Below, one piece after another: positions 50,268-60,119 of a DNA stretch of 64,000 bases. A program made the translations under genes and the position numbers. The notes under the pieces are model-generated. The model saw only the letters and a program-made list of their open reading frames with translations. It was not told the DNA's origin and ran no database searches. The stretch's first letter is position 1. Every line of letters begins with the position of its first letter. Origin of the DNA: an uncultured Lachnospiraceae bacterium (GTDB taxonomy: Bacteria > Bacillota > Clostridia > Lachnospirales > Lachnospiraceae); assembly GCA_910586605.1 (NCBI GenBank), contig CAJUJR010000002.1:4473-68472 (forward strand), written 5' to 3'.

Positions 50268-50377
50268 GTATTTTGGAAGTATTGGGAAGAAGCGGCAGAT
50301 GGAATTATTTCCGGCTTTTGCCGGAATAAAAGCAGTTTTACATCATAAGGATATAGAAGTGGCAGAAATGAGGTGAT

Positions 50378-51301
50378 GTGGGAATGGTAATACATAATGT
50401 GCTTGATTTAATTGGCAACACGCCGATTGTCAGCCTGAAAGAAACAATGGGGCTGAATATTTATGCAAAAGCAGAGTTTTTAAATCCTGGCGGCAGCATT
50501 AAAGACCGTGTGGCAAAGAATATGATTCTTTGTGCTGAGAGGGAAGGGAAGCTGAAACCAGGAATGGTGATAATAGAACCAACTTCTGGAAATACAGGCA
50601 TTGGCCTGTCGCTTGTAGGCGTACGCAGAGGATACCGTGTGATTATTGTTATGCCAGAAAATATGAGTGAGGAGCGTAAAAAAATTATCCGCTGCCTTGG
50701 GGCAGAACTTGTTTTAACGCCACAGGAGTTGAGTATTGATGGTTCTGTGAAAAAGGCAGAAGAGCTTTTTTCAGAAATAGGGGAGGGGAAAGCATTTATT
50801 CCACAGCAGTTTACAAATCCTAATAATCCGGATGTCCATTATCAGACGACGGGGCCTGAAATTTATAAACAGCTTGGTGGGAAGGTGGATATTTTTGTCT
50901 CAGGCCTTGGGAGCGGCGGGACATTGCAAGGAATTGGGAAATATCTTAAAGAAAAAAATCCTGGTTTGAAGGTGGTGGCTGTTGAGCCGAAAAATGTATC
51001 TGCATTGCTTGGGCATGAACCAGGGCTTCACAGCATACAGGGGATTGGCGACGGTTTTGTCCCGGAAGTATTGGATACTTCTATGATTGATGATATTGTA
51101 GAAGTGACGGATGAGAATGCAATCCATACGACGCGGGAACTTGCCAGAGTACAGGGGCTGCTTTGCGGCACATCTTCTGGTGCAAATGTCTGGGCATCAA
51201 AGCAGATGGCAGAAAAGTATGGGGAAGAAAAAGTGATTGCTACAATTATGGCAGACCGGATGGAGCGTTATTTTAGTACAGGGCTTTTGGATGCAGAATA
51301 A
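50378..51301 (+). CDS. cysK: Cysteine synthase A
   Basis: NPGGSIKDR, EPTSGNTG, GSGGT, IQGIG, GTSSGA. Confidence 0.93.
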   Translation: MGMVIHNVLDLIGNTPIVSLKETMGLNIYAKAEFLNPGGSIKDRVAKNMILCAEREGKLKPGMVIIEPTSGNTGIGLSLVGVRRGYRVIIVMPENMSEERKKIIRCLGAELVLTPQELSIDGSVKKAEELFSEIGEGKAFIPQQFTNPNNPDVHYQTTGPEIYKQLGGKVDIFVSGLGSGGTLQGIGKYLKEKNPGLKVVAVEPKNVSALLGHEPGLHSIQGIGDGFVPEVLDTSMIDDIVEVTDENAIHTTRELARVQGLLCGTSSGANVWASKQMAEKYGEEKVIATIMADRMERYFSTGLLDAE

Positions 51302-51360
51302 CAGTTGACATAAACGCTTTTAAATGGTAATATATTAGGGCTGTGTTTATAGCATTGCGT

Positions 51361-51442
51361 GCGGAATTGATGGAATTGGCAGACATGCAAGATTTAGGTT
51401 CTTGTGCCGCGAGGCGTGAGGGTTCAAATCCCTCATTCCGCA
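51361..51442 (+). tRNA. tRNA-Leu (anticodon TAG)
   Basis: Cloverleaf with long variable arm, anticodon arm CAAGA-TTTAGGT-TCTTG, GGTTCAAATCC T-arm. Upstream TTGACA-17-TAATAT at 51305-51333. Confidence 0.95.
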
Positions 51443-51615
51443 TTGACTTCTTAGGAGGATTTCATATAATAAAAAGCGTATGTGAGCTTGTTGTTTCAGA
51501 TGGATCAAACTGCCTTCTATTCCGATGGATGTAGAAGGCTTTTATAGTATATAAAATGTTTCTTACTAAGAAATAATAACTTTTCTTACAAATTAAAATA
51601 CTGGGGGTAAATGAT

Positions 51616-53844
51616 ATGCAGGAAAAACTGGATCAATGGATTAACTGGGTAGAATATGATGAACTCTTAGCTGGTCATCATAATGCGCCCCATAATTTAC
51701 TTGGGATGCATGTTTTCGGAAAAGGGCAGGTATTTACGGTATACCGTCCAGAGGCGCAGAAGGTATTTGTAACAGATGCGAAGGGGAATAACCGGATTGA
51801 GTTAGAAGAAGTAGAGCAAGGGAGCGGATTTTTCGGGCTGTATGTAAGTGGCAATAAATATTCTGCAGATTATCAGCTGCACATCCAATACAGTGAAAAT
51901 GATATTGTAGTAACAGCCGACCCATATGTTTTCAAGCCTCAGATTAGCAGTGATGATTTATATCTTTTTGCAGAAGGGAATCATTATCAGATTTATGATA
52001 AATTAGGCGCCCATCCGATGACGGTTAATGGGGTGAAGGGGACATATTTTGCAGTCTGGGCGCCACATGCAAGGGCAGTCAGCGTTGTAGGGAGCTTCAA
52101 TTTGTGGGATGGGCGGCTTCATCCGATGCGTACATTAGAGGTTTCTGGCGTGTATGAATTGTTTATACCTGGCGTGGAGCCTGGGGCAATCTATAAATAT
52201 CAGATTCTGACGCGTACTGGCGATATCCTGATGAAAGCTGACCCATATGCAAACTGTGCAGAACTTCGTCCTGATAATGCGTCCGTAGTTGCAGATTTAC
52301 GTGATTTTGAATGGACAGATACTAAATGGATGGCAGACAGGGAAAAAGAGTCAAGGGTTGCTATCAGAAAGAAGCCAATGGCAATTTATGAAATCCATCT
52401 TGGATCCTGGAAAAAGAAAGATGATGGTACAGAGGACGGTTTTTATACATACCGTGAACTTGCACCAATGATTGCAGAGTATGTCCTTGAGATGGGATAT
52501 ACGCATATAGAGCTGATGGGGATTGCTGAACATCCTTTTGATGGCTCCTGGGGATACCAGGTGACGGGATATTATGCACCGACAAGACGTTACGGCGACC
52601 CGCGGGATTTTATGTATTTTGTCGATTACATGCATAATAAAGGAATCCATGTTATCCTTGACTGGGTTCCAGCACATTTCCCGAAAGATGCACATGGCCT
52701 TGGCCGGTTTGATGGGCAGCCGCTTTATGAGCATCCTGACAGCCGCAGGGGTGAGCATCCGCACTGGGGGACTTATATTTTTAATTACAGTAAGCGTGAG
52801 GTAGAAAATTTCCTGTTGGCGAATGGCCTGTTTTGGCTGAAGAAGTTCCATATTGACGGCCTCCGGGTAGATGCAGTGGCTTCCATGCTTTATCTGGATT
52901 ATGGCAAAGACGATGGGGAATGGCTTCCAAATAAAGATGGTGGAAAAGAAAATTATGATGCGATTGAATTGTTCCACCATATGAATGCAGAGTTTGAGCG
53001 CCTTGCGCCAGGGACAATGATTATTGCGGAAGAATCAACTGCATGGGCTGGCGTTACTGCGCCAGTATCATTAAAGGGGCTTGGTTTCCTCTTTAAATGG
53101 AATATGGGCTGGATGAATGACTTTTTAGAGTATATGAAGATGGATCCATATTTTAGGTCAGGCAACCATAATATGCTAACCTTTAGTATGCAGTATGCAT
53201 ATAGCGAGAATTTTATCCAGGTATTATCGCATGATGAAGTGGTTCATGGCAAGTGCTCCATGATTAACAAGATGCCTGGCGAGATTGAGGATAAATTTGC
53301 AAATCTCCGTACAGCATATGGTTTTATGTATGGGCATCCGGGAAAGAAGCTTTTGTTCATGGGGCAGGAGTTTGCGCAGTACCGTGAGTGGAGTGAGGCG
53401 AGAAGCCTTGACTGGGAACTTTTAAACGAAGATTATAACAAGCAGATGCAGGCATTTGTAAGGGAACTGAACCATCTGTACAAAAAATATGACGCATTTT
53501 ATGCAAATGATTATGATACGATGGGATTTGAATGGATGAGCTGTGACAATGCGGAGATGAGCACAGTAAGTTTTGTACGGCGTGGCTCTGGGACAAAAGA
53601 CCAGTTCCTGTTTATCTGTAACTTTACACCAGTTCCAAATAAAGAGTACCGTACTGGCGTGCCTTGCGCAGGTGTGTATACAGAAATGCTTTCATCAGAT
53701 GATGAACGTTTTGGCGGTACTGGCATTAAAAATAAAAAGAACATTAAAGCAGAAAAGATAGAGTGCGAAGGAAAAGAATATTCTATCGAAATGCATTTGC
53801 CTCCGCTGTCTGTTACGATATACCGTTTTGATTATAAGGCTTAG
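51616..53844 (+). CDS. glgB: 1,4-alpha-glucan branching enzyme
   Basis: FAVWAP.A, SWGYQ, DWVPAHF, DGLRVDAVASM, AEES, LSHDEVVHGK. Confidence 0.97.
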   Translation: MQEKLDQWINWVEYDELLAGHHNAPHNLLGMHVFGKGQVFTVYRPEAQKVFVTDAKGNNRIELEEVEQGSGFFGLYVSGNKYSADYQLHIQYSENDIVVTADPYVFKPQISSDDLYLFAEGNHYQIYDKLGAHPMTVNGVKGTYFAVWAPHARAVSVVGSFNLWDGRLHPMRTLEVSGVYELFIPGVEPGAIYKYQILTRTGDILMKADPYANCAELRPDNASVVADLRDFEWTDTKWMADREKESRVAIRKKPMAIYEIHLGSWKKKDDGTEDGFYTYRELAPMIAEYVLEMGYTHIELMGIAEHPFDGSWGYQVTGYYAPTRRYGDPRDFMYFVDYMHNKGIHVILDWVPAHFPKDAHGLGRFDGQPLYEHPDSRRGEHPHWGTYIFNYSKREVENFLLANGLFWLKKFHIDGLRVDAVASMLYLDYGKDDGEWLPNKDGGKENYDAIELFHHMNAEFERLAPGTMIIAEESTAWAGVTAPVSLKGLGFLFKWNMGWMNDFLEYMKMDPYFRSGNHNMLTFSMQYAYSENFIQVLSHDEVVHGKCSMINKMPGEIEDKFANLRTAYGFMYGHPGKKLLFMGQEFAQYREWSEARSLDWELLNEDYNKQMQAFVRELNHLYKKYDAFYANDYDTMGFEWMSCDNAEMSTVSFVRRGSGTKDQFLFICNFTPVPNKEYRTGVPCAGVYTEMLSSDDERFGGTGIKNKKNIKAEKIECEGKEYSIEMHLPPLSVTIYRFDYKA

Positions 53845-53875
53845 AACGTGGAATAATATTGAGTTGTGTTTTGTA

Positions 53876-53909
53876 GATGCATCACAGTAAATGCTGTGGT
53901 GCATTTTTT
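53876..53909 (+). terminator. Intrinsic terminator after glgB
   Basis: GATGCATCACAG...CTGTGGTGCATTTTTT. Confidence 0.65.
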
Positions 53910-53964
53910 ATGTCATAGGAAATTGCTGTAATTGTGGTGGTATGCTGGAAAAAAGGAGTTTTAA

Positions 53965-54237
53965 ATGAAAAAGAGGTTGTTTTTTCTTTGTATCCTGGGG
54001 TATCTGATGCCGGTATTGCTTGTTGTAATAGCGAAAGTGTCAGGATGTGAAATGAAATATGTACTGTACTTGTTTGTTATAGGGATTTACCTGCTGTTTT
54101 TAGAATGCCTGTGTTTGCTTGTCTGTATCAGGAGAAATAAAGTCAGAAGTAGTATTCTGCGGGTGTTATGTTATATTGGGATGCTGCCGTTTGGCCTGTA
54201 TTTTATCATGTTTGTAATTGCTGCTATATTTTTGTAA
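53965..54237 (+). CDS. Small hypothetical membrane protein (3 TM)
   Basis: AAGGAG RBS and a hydrophobic 90-aa ORF. Confidence 0.55.
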   Translation: MKKRLFFLCILGYLMPVLLVVIAKVSGCEMKYVLYLFVIGIYLLFLECLCLLVCIRRNKVRSSILRVLCYIGMLPFGLYFIMFVIAAIFL

Positions 54238-54253
54238 TAATGGAGGAAAAGGA

Positions 54254-54580
54254 ATGGAAGAAAAAAATACTTATCAGAAGATATATGATGTAGTGCGGCA
54301 GATTCCGAGGGGGTCTGTAGCAACCTATGGGCAGGTGGCGTTTTTAGCCGGCAATGCAAGATGGGCGCGCGTAGTTGGATATGCGCTCCACGTAAATCCT
54401 GACCCGGAAGGGATTCCGTGCTACCGTGTTGTAACAAAAGAGGGGAAAGTATCTCAGGCATTTGCGTTTGGGGGTTCCAACCGTCAGGTGGAGCTTTTGG
54501 AAGCAGATGGGATAGAATTTGTAGATGGGCATGTGGATATGGAGAAGTTTCAGTGGTCTGTAGGGCTGGAGCATAGATAA
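54254..54580 (+). CDS. MGMT/alkyltransferase-like DNA-binding protein
   Basis: IPRGSVATYGQVA, ARVVG, IPCYRVV, LLEADG. Confidence 0.88.
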   Translation: MEEKNTYQKIYDVVRQIPRGSVATYGQVAFLAGNARWARVVGYALHVNPDPEGIPCYRVVTKEGKVSQAFAFGGSNRQVELLEADGIEFVDGHVDMEKFQWSVGLEHR

Positions 54581-54590
54581 AAAATATTGC

Positions 54591-54636
54591 TTGACAAAAC
54601 TGTGCTAACTGTATATACTGTTAATATACAGTTAGC
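54591..54636 (+). promoter_or_regulatory. SigA promoter overlapped by a YtrA-type GntR operator
   Basis: TTGACA (54591)-17-TATACT (54614), with a perfect 13-bp IR GCTAACTGTATAT-N7-ATATACAGTTAGC (54604-54636). Confidence 0.8.
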
Positions 54637-54752
54637 TAATTGAAATGTTACAAGACAGAGTCAAATACCTTGCTGCACAGCAACAGGGGTTAGCAAGTTC
54701 GCCCCAAAGGGGCGGGGTATTTGCCACAAAAAGTGCGGCACGGGGGACTTAT

Positions 54753-55124
54753 ATGAATATCTTCATTGATAATAAAAGTGGAATTCCAATTTACGACCAG
54801 ATTTACACCCAGATAAAGAACCATATTATCAGTGGTGAATTGAAAGAAGACGAAGCGCTTCCCTCTATCCGTCGTTTGGCAAAGGATTTGAGGATTAGCG
54901 TGGTAACGACAAAACGTGCCTATGATGAACTGGAGAGGGAGGGGTTTGTCTATACTGTCCCAGCGAAAGGGTGTTTTGTCGCTGCAAAAAATGCAGAGCT
55001 TTTGAAAGAAGAAAATTTAAAGAAAATGGAAGGGCATATGCAGGCAATTGCAGAGCTTGCCATTCCCTGTGGCCTTAGCAGGCAGGACATTCTTGATATG
55101 TTCTGTATTATATGGGAGGAATAA
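54753..55124 (+). CDS. GntR family regulator (YtrA subfamily)
   Basis: PIYDQI, LPSIR.LA, TTKRAY.ELE, KGCFV; short C-terminus; precedes an ABC transporter. Confidence 0.92.
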   Translation: MNIFIDNKSGIPIYDQIYTQIKNHIISGELKEDEALPSIRRLAKDLRISVVTTKRAYDELEREGFVYTVPAKGCFVAAKNAELLKEENLKKMEGHMQAIAELAIPCGLSRQDILDMFCIIWEE

Positions 55125-55970
55125 GTGATGAATGCGATTGATATTAAGGGGCTGACAAAGACGTATGCAGATTTTACATTATCCAATCTAAACCTGACGC
55201 TGCCAAGCGGCTGTATTATGGGGCTGGTAGGTGAAAATGGGGCGGGGAAAAGCACTACGGTTAAGCTGATATTGGATATCATTAAAAAAGACAGTGGATC
55301 AATTAAAATTCTTGGGAAAGATAATCAAGAGGATATAAAATGCATTAAGGAAGAGATTGGGGTTGTACTGGATGAAGTTGGTTTCCCGGACTGCCTGACA
55401 GCGGCCCAGATTGGGAAAATTATGGAAAATACTTACCAAAACTGGGATAATGCGGTTTATGGTGATTTGCTAAAAAAGTTATCCATGCCTACAAAGAAAA
55501 TGTTTCAGGAATATTCTAGAGGGATGAAGATGAAACTTGGGATTGCAGTTGCATTGTCCCATCATCCAAAGCTACTGATTTTAGATGAGGCCACGAATGG
55601 GCTGGATCCGGTTGCGCGGGATGAAGTAGTTGATATGATTTGTGAATTTACAAGGGATGAAAGCCATGCGGTACTGGTTTCTTCCCATATTGTTACTGAT
55701 TTGGAGAAAATATGCGACTATATTGCTTTTTTGCACAAAGGGGAACTTCTTTTGTGTGAAGAAAAAGATGTGCTTCTGACAGAATATGGCATTGTGCATT
55801 GTTCTTCTGAAAGCATCCAGGAGATTGCGCCATCTGCCATTATTAGGAAAAAAGAGACAGCGTTTGGCGTGGAAGCTGTTGTAAAGCGAAAAGATATTCC
55901 GTCTGGGCTGGATTATAGCCCGGTTAGTATTGAAGAATTATTTGTATCTATGGTGAAGGGGGCAAAATAA
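55125..55970 (+). CDS. ABC transporter ATP-binding protein
   Basis: GENGAGKST, SRGMKMK, LILDEAT.GLD, SSH. Confidence 0.93.
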   Translation: MMNAIDIKGLTKTYADFTLSNLNLTLPSGCIMGLVGENGAGKSTTVKLILDIIKKDSGSIKILGKDNQEDIKCIKEEIGVVLDEVGFPDCLTAAQIGKIMENTYQNWDNAVYGDLLKKLSMPTKKMFQEYSRGMKMKLGIAVALSHHPKLLILDEATNGLDPVARDEVVDMICEFTRDESHAVLVSSHIVTDLEKICDYIAFLHKGELLLCEEKDVLLTEYGIVHCSSESIQEIAPSAIIRKKETAFGVEAVVKRKDIPSGLDYSPVSIEELFVSMVKGAK

Positions 55971-55971
55971 T

Positions 55972-56601
55972 ATGAAAGGGTTGTTATTAAAAGATTTATA
56001 CATGATGCGGAAATATTGCTGGATGATGTTAGCAGTTATTGTATTGTTTACAGCAGTGTCTTTTGTAGATAAGGCAAATATGTTTTTTCAGTTTTATCCT
56101 ATTGTGATAATAAGTGTTTTACCAGTAACAATACTTGGGTATGATGAAAAATGCCATTGGGATGTCTATGGCCAGGTTTTTCCATATTCTAGGAAGCAGC
56201 TTGTTACTGTTAAATATCTGTTAGGCTTGATTTTGGTTTGTGCTATGTGGCTATTGCTGGCTGCTATCCAGTTTTTTGGCAGTGTAGTGAATCATTCAGG
56301 CGGGCAGGGGGATTTGTGGTCGTTTTTATTGATTGTGCTGTCAACTGGGTTTCTTGCATCTGGGTTTCTAATGCCAATTATCTTCAAATTTGGCACAGAA
56401 AAAGGGCGTCTTGCTTTTATGATTGTTATTGTCTTAATTTGTGCTGGAAGCGCAGGCATGACGTCTTTACCTTCTAATATTCTTTTCCGCTTTCCGTTAT
56501 CAACAGGGGCAGTTGCCCTGATAGCCTTCGCTGCAAGCAGCATTATCTTATTTTTGTCCTGGATAGTTTCTGTTAAAATATATGAGAGGAAGGAATTTTA
56601 G
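55972..56601 (+). CDS. ABC-2 transporter permease
   Basis: MKGLLLKD N-terminus, P.SRK..V..KY, PII.KFG.EKGR, 6 TM segments. Confidence 0.88.
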   Translation: MKGLLLKDLYMMRKYCWMMLAVIVLFTAVSFVDKANMFFQFYPIVIISVLPVTILGYDEKCHWDVYGQVFPYSRKQLVTVKYLLGLILVCAMWLLLAAIQFFGSVVNHSGGQGDLWSFLLIVLSTGFLASGFLMPIIFKFGTEKGRLAFMIVIVLICAGSAGMTSLPSNILFRFPLSTGAVALIAFAASSIILFLSWIVSVKIYERKEF

Positions 56602-56785
56602 GGAAATACAGGTTTTTACTGGCTAAGAAGCAAACAGTAACAAGTTTTTCTGCTCCGATTGGCTGTGAATAGTAACACATTTTTCTCTGTCAAAAGATGA
56701 AAGTGAGATTATTTTCTTTACATTTTTCTTCAAAAAATGTATAATTATTACAGATTATGTTTTGACGAGGGGAGTGACTTTATCT

Positions 56786-57787
56786 ATGAAAAGAAAAAAG
56801 TATCTGAAGCTGCTGTCGTTGGTTATTATTGTTGCTCTGTTAGTGAATATTTCAACCGCTTCACAGGCAAAGCCGAAACCAAAGCTGAATAAGACGAAGC
56901 TGACGCTTACGATTGGCCGGTCGTCAAGCCTGACGCTGAAAAATACCAGTGCAAAAGTAAAATGGTCCAGCAGTAATAAATCAGTGGCATCTGTAAATTC
57001 GTTGGGAGACGTAACTGCGAAAAAGGCAGGCACAGCCAATATCAAGGCAAAAGCAGGGAAAAAGACATATACCTGTAAAGTTACTGTGCCAAAGCAGTAT
57101 ATCAGTAAGACAGCGATGACGTTAGATGCAGGCAGTTCAAAAACGTTGAGGGTATATGGTGTGTCGTCTAGTGATGATATTTTCTGGAGCAGTGATGATG
57201 AAAGCATTGCAACTGTTTCAAATAAGGGAAAGGTTACAGCCCTTGCATCTGGGCGTACCATAATACGCGCAACCTTAAACAGTGGGGTTGGGAAAACATA
57301 TAAGTGTGAAGTGCTAGTATATGGGGACAATCCATACCCGCCAGATGAAACAGATGATCCATATCCGCCAGATGAAACAGATACTCCGGTTGTGCCTGAG
57401 GATACACCAACACCGACAGCCCCGTCTGTTGAAACGGCTTCGCCATCACCGACACCGCTTCCAGATATACCTGTTACGGGTGTAGAATTGATGGAAACAA
57501 GCCTGACATTGGATTTGACCGTTTCAAGGTATTTATCTGCAAATGTCATGCCGTTAAATGCAACCAACAGGAATGTGACATGGAGAAGTACGAACCCATA
57601 CATAGCAAGGGTAACAAATAATGGCATGGTAACAGGGCTTGCAGGCGGGATTACAATGGTTTATGTTATGACAGAAGAGGGAAGGTTTGTTGCTTCCTGT
57701 AACGTAACAGTGACAGGCAATACGCCAACACCAATTCCAACACCAAAGCCGACACCGACGCCAAAGCCAACGCCAACGAAAAAATAA
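56786..57787 (+). CDS. Secreted bacterial Ig-like (Big_2) domain protein with Pro/Thr-rich linkers
   Basis: Signal peptide, three W.S.(N/D)..(V/I)A.V...G.VT units, a duplicated PYPPDET, and a PT tail. Confidence 0.85.
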   Translation: MKRKKYLKLLSLVIIVALLVNISTASQAKPKPKLNKTKLTLTIGRSSSLTLKNTSAKVKWSSSNKSVASVNSLGDVTAKKAGTANIKAKAGKKTYTCKVTVPKQYISKTAMTLDAGSSKTLRVYGVSSSDDIFWSSDDESIATVSNKGKVTALASGRTIIRATLNSGVGKTYKCEVLVYGDNPYPPDETDDPYPPDETDTPVVPEDTPTPTAPSVETASPSPTPLPDIPVTGVELMETSLTLDLTVSRYLSANVMPLNATNRNVTWRSTNPYIARVTNNGMVTGLAGGITMVYVMTEEGRFVASCNVTVTGNTPTPIPTPKPTPTPKPTPTKK

Positions 57788-57850
57788 GATTAAGTTAACG
57801 TGTGCGAAAAGGTGTAGACAAAAAGAAAATAGGATGCTATTCTATCCATA

Positions 57851-57950
57851 GAATCTATACGACTGGCGGATAAGACATGTCCAAGATGCATGTTCTAGTG
57901 AGAAAACTCACAGGGAGTATAGAAAGAAAGAGCCGACCGCCTGGGCACTC
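57851..57950 (+). ncRNA. ZMP/ZTP riboswitch (pfl motif)
   Basis: GACTGGCGGA ... GTGAG-AAAA-CTCAC AGGGAG ... GCCGACCGCCTGGGCA, overlapping a terminator-like stem (~57929-57981), upstream of purine genes. Confidence 0.9.
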
Positions 57951-58079
57951 ATTATTGGAGTGCCTGGATGGCCGGCTCTTTAGCGTATTCTTTATTACGC
58001 TGCAACATAGTGGTTCACCAACAAAAAAGCCAGTGGCTTTTTGCAGGATGGGAGATTTTACTAAAAAGGAGGATGCGAT

Positions 58080-58793
58080 ATGCAGAAAATATCATTAGAA
58101 ACAGGTTTAAAGGGGAATCCATATCCTGGAAGAGGGATTGTGATTGGAAAGTCCCCAAATGGAAAATATGCGGTGGCGGCTTATTTTATTATGGGCAGAA
58201 GTGTGAACAGCAGGAATCGTATTTTTGTGGAAGAGGGGGAAGGGATCCGGACAGAAGCGTTTGATCCGGCAAAATTAAGTGATCCAAGCCTTGTGATTTA
58301 TGCGCCTGTCCGTGTACTGGGAAATAAAACGATTGTAACAAACGGTGACCAGACAGATACGATATATGAATTGATGGATAAACAGCAGACGTTTGAACAG
58401 GCGCTCCGTACCAGGGAATTTGAACCGGACGCCCCAAATTATACACCAAGGATTTCAGGTATTCTGCATATTGAAGAAGGGCAGTTTAATTATGCAATGT
58501 CAATTTTAAAGAGCAATAATGGAGACCCTTCACAGTGTAACCGCTATACATTTAGTTATACAAACCCGTTGGATGGGGAGGGGCATTTTATCCATACTTA
58601 TATGGGGGATGGAAATCCGCTGCCAAGCTTTGAAGGGGAACCAGAGTTGGTTGAGATCTTGGATGATATGGAAGAATTTACGGATATGCTTTGGGGCAGT
58701 TTAAATGAAGAAAATAAAGTATCATTATTTGTCCGTTATATTGATATAGCAACTGGGGAATATGAAACTAATATTGTAAATAAAAATAAATAA
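58080..58793 (+). CDS. IMP cyclohydrolase (PurO-like)
   Basis: [38 protein letters not shown], downstream of the ZTP riboswitch. Confidence 0.88.
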   Translation: MQKISLETGLKGNPYPGRGIVIGKSPNGKYAVAAYFIMGRSVNSRNRIFVEEGEGIRTEAFDPAKLSDPSLVIYAPVRVLGNKTIVTNGDQTDTIYELMDKQQTFEQALRTREFEPDAPNYTPRISGILHIEEGQFNYAMSILKSNNGDPSQCNRYTFSYTNPLDGEGHFIHTYMGDGNPLPSFEGEPELVEILDDMEEFTDMLWGSLNEENKVSLFVRYIDIATGEYETNIVNKNK

Positions 58794-58810
58794 TTAGCGA
58801 GGTGCATAAT

Positions 58811-59989
58811 ATGAAAGAATTAGAATTAAAGTATGGATGTAATCCAAACCAAAAGCCGTCCAAAATATATATGGGGGATGGTTCTGAACTACCAATTCAG
58901 GTTTTAAATGGAAAACCAGGGTATATCAATTTCCTGGATGCGTTTAATGGCTGGCAGTTGGTGAAAGAACTTAAAAAAGCAACAGGGCTTCCTGCAGCCA
59001 CGTCTTTTAAGCATGTCTCCCCTGCAGGCGCTGCGGTTGGGCTTCCGTTAAGCGAGGTAGAAGCTAAGATTTATTGGGTGGATGATTTAGGGGAGCTTTC
59101 CCCGCTTGCCTGCGCCTATTCCAGGGCAAGGGGAGCCGACCGCATGTCTTCGTATGGTGATTTCATTGCACTTTCTGATGTTTGTGATGTATCGGCCGCA
59201 AATGTGATTAAACGGGAATTTTCAGATGGGATTATAGCCCCAGGCTATGAGCCGGAGGCATTGGAGATTTTAAAGGGAAAGAAAAAGGGAAGCTATGCCA
59301 TAATTCAAATTGATGAAAATTATGTGCCAAATCCAATTGAGCGGAAAGAGGTCTATGGGATTACATTTGAGCAGGGGCGGAATGAGCTAAATATTGATGA
59401 TGATTTCTTTAGCAATGTTGTAACAGAAAATAAGGATATACCAGATTCTGCTAAAATTGATATGGCTATCTCAATGATTACATTAAAATATACACAGTCT
59501 AATTCTGTCTGCTATGTAAAGGGAGGGCAGGCAATCGGCATTGGGGCCGGGCAGCAGTCCAGAATCCATTGTACAAGGCTGGCAGGGAGTAAGGCGGACA
59601 ATTGGTTATTGCGTCAGTCCCCAGAAGTGTTAAATCTTCCATTTAAGGAAGAGATGAAGCGTGCCGACCGGGATAATGCTATTGATTTATATATTGGGGA
59701 AGATTATATGGATATCCTTGCTGATGGAGAATGGGAGAAGGCTTTTACTAAGAAACCTCCTGTCTTTACAAAGGAAGCAAAACAGGAATGGCTTTCTAAA
59801 GCAACGGGCGTTACGCTTGGCTCTGATGCATTCTTCCCGTTTAGCGATAATGTAGAAAGGGCATTCCGAAGCGGTGTGCAGTATATTGCACAGCCAGGCG
59901 GCTCTATCCGGGATGGAGAGGTAATAGAGGCGTGCAATAAGCATAATATCGCAATGTGCTTTACCGGGCTGCGCCTGTTCCACCACTGA
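58811..59989 (+). CDS. purH: AICAR formyltransferase (stand-alone PurH transformylase domain)
   Basis: [49 protein letters not shown]. Confidence 0.92.
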   Translation: MKELELKYGCNPNQKPSKIYMGDGSELPIQVLNGKPGYINFLDAFNGWQLVKELKKATGLPAATSFKHVSPAGAAVGLPLSEVEAKIYWVDDLGELSPLACAYSRARGADRMSSYGDFIALSDVCDVSAANVIKREFSDGIIAPGYEPEALEILKGKKKGSYAIIQIDENYVPNPIERKEVYGITFEQGRNELNIDDDFFSNVVTENKDIPDSAKIDMAISMITLKYTQSNSVCYVKGGQAIGIGAGQQSRIHCTRLAGSKADNWLLRQSPEVLNLPFKEEMKRADRDNAIDLYIGEDYMDILADGEWEKAFTKKPPVFTKEAKQEWLSKATGVTLGSDAFFPFSDNVERAFRSGVQYIAQPGGSIRDGEVIEACNKHNIAMCFTGLRLFHH

Positions 59990-60119
59990 TAGTAACAAAG
60001 AACTGTCAATAAATTAACAGAATCAGTTGTTTTTCTGGGGCAGGTATTTTATAATATTACTAAGGCGGTTAAATATTGATATTAGACCACCTTAGTAATA
60101 AGAACAGGGAGGTGGAACG

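Noticed and set aside
58080..59989. Split PurH (separate cyclohydrolase and transformylase) under a ZTP riboswitch as a novelty
   Set aside because: A known arrangement in Clostridia; listed as features only.
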